Assembly (NCBI GenBank): GCA_010909165.1
Contig: MU008168.1
Span: forward strand, 372,001 to 436,000
Direction of reading: 5' to 3'
DNA: 64,000 nucleotides
Origin: Anthoceros angustus
Taxonomy: Eukaryota; Plantae; Anthocerotophyta
The notes below the pieces were generated by a model. The model did no database searches. It had not been told where the DNA came from and saw nothing but the letters and a program-made list of their open reading frames with translations. Numbering within the stretch: the stretch's first letter is position 1; each line of letters opens with the position of its first letter. Below are positions 63,722 to 64,000 of this stretch, piece by piece. Made by a program: the position numbers and the translations under genes.

Positions 63722-64000
63722 TTACACCGCTGCGCCAATTTTATTCAATATTAGAAATATGAGCTCACACAGCTGGATGTCACTTACAGTATGAGAAAAG
63801 ATCGAGCCGTGACTGTGTATAACCTTTGACCAGGTCCCAGAAAATCAGGGCTCAACGGGAGAACATAAGGAATTTCAAATGCTGGAATCTCTCTTCCCAG
63901 GTGGGGAGCACCTCGAGCGGAAGCTCGTATGGGTTATTAGCAGCTAGGTCTTAGTGGACTGTCGAAGAGGACTGCAATAGGCCTCTTCTTCAGTTCTTAT

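Overview
Eukaryotic (land-plant-like) genomic window. Two intact paralogous 4-exon 2-oxoglutarate/Fe(II) dioxygenase genes (1676-3058 and 61724-63090, both minus) and a tRNA-Asn(GTT) flank a nested transposon stack whose junctions can mostly be resolved to the base. A CACTA-like remnant lies next to a Ty3/gypsy chromovirus-like LTR element (4674-58353). The gag of that element is split by a 48-kb TIR element (9034-57017; 32-bp TIRs, TCTT TSD) with a Sola1-like DDD transposase. The TIR element carries four later insertions: an RT-less Athila-like LTR element (10776-24138), a Sola2-like transposon (26060-42437), a Ty1/copia element (44750-51880) and a 2-kb non-autonomous relative of itself (52874-54918). 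Removing these four leaves a ~9-kb DNA transposon that encodes, divergently from its transposase, a large gene with a ParB-like domain followed by a beta-class N4-cytosine/N6-adenine DNA methyltransferase domain. This transposon-borne DNA amino-methylase is the main candidate for an undescribed system. TE reading frames are broken by many small indels, which may partly be consensus errors. All protein assignments are from motifs recognised by eye; no searches were run.
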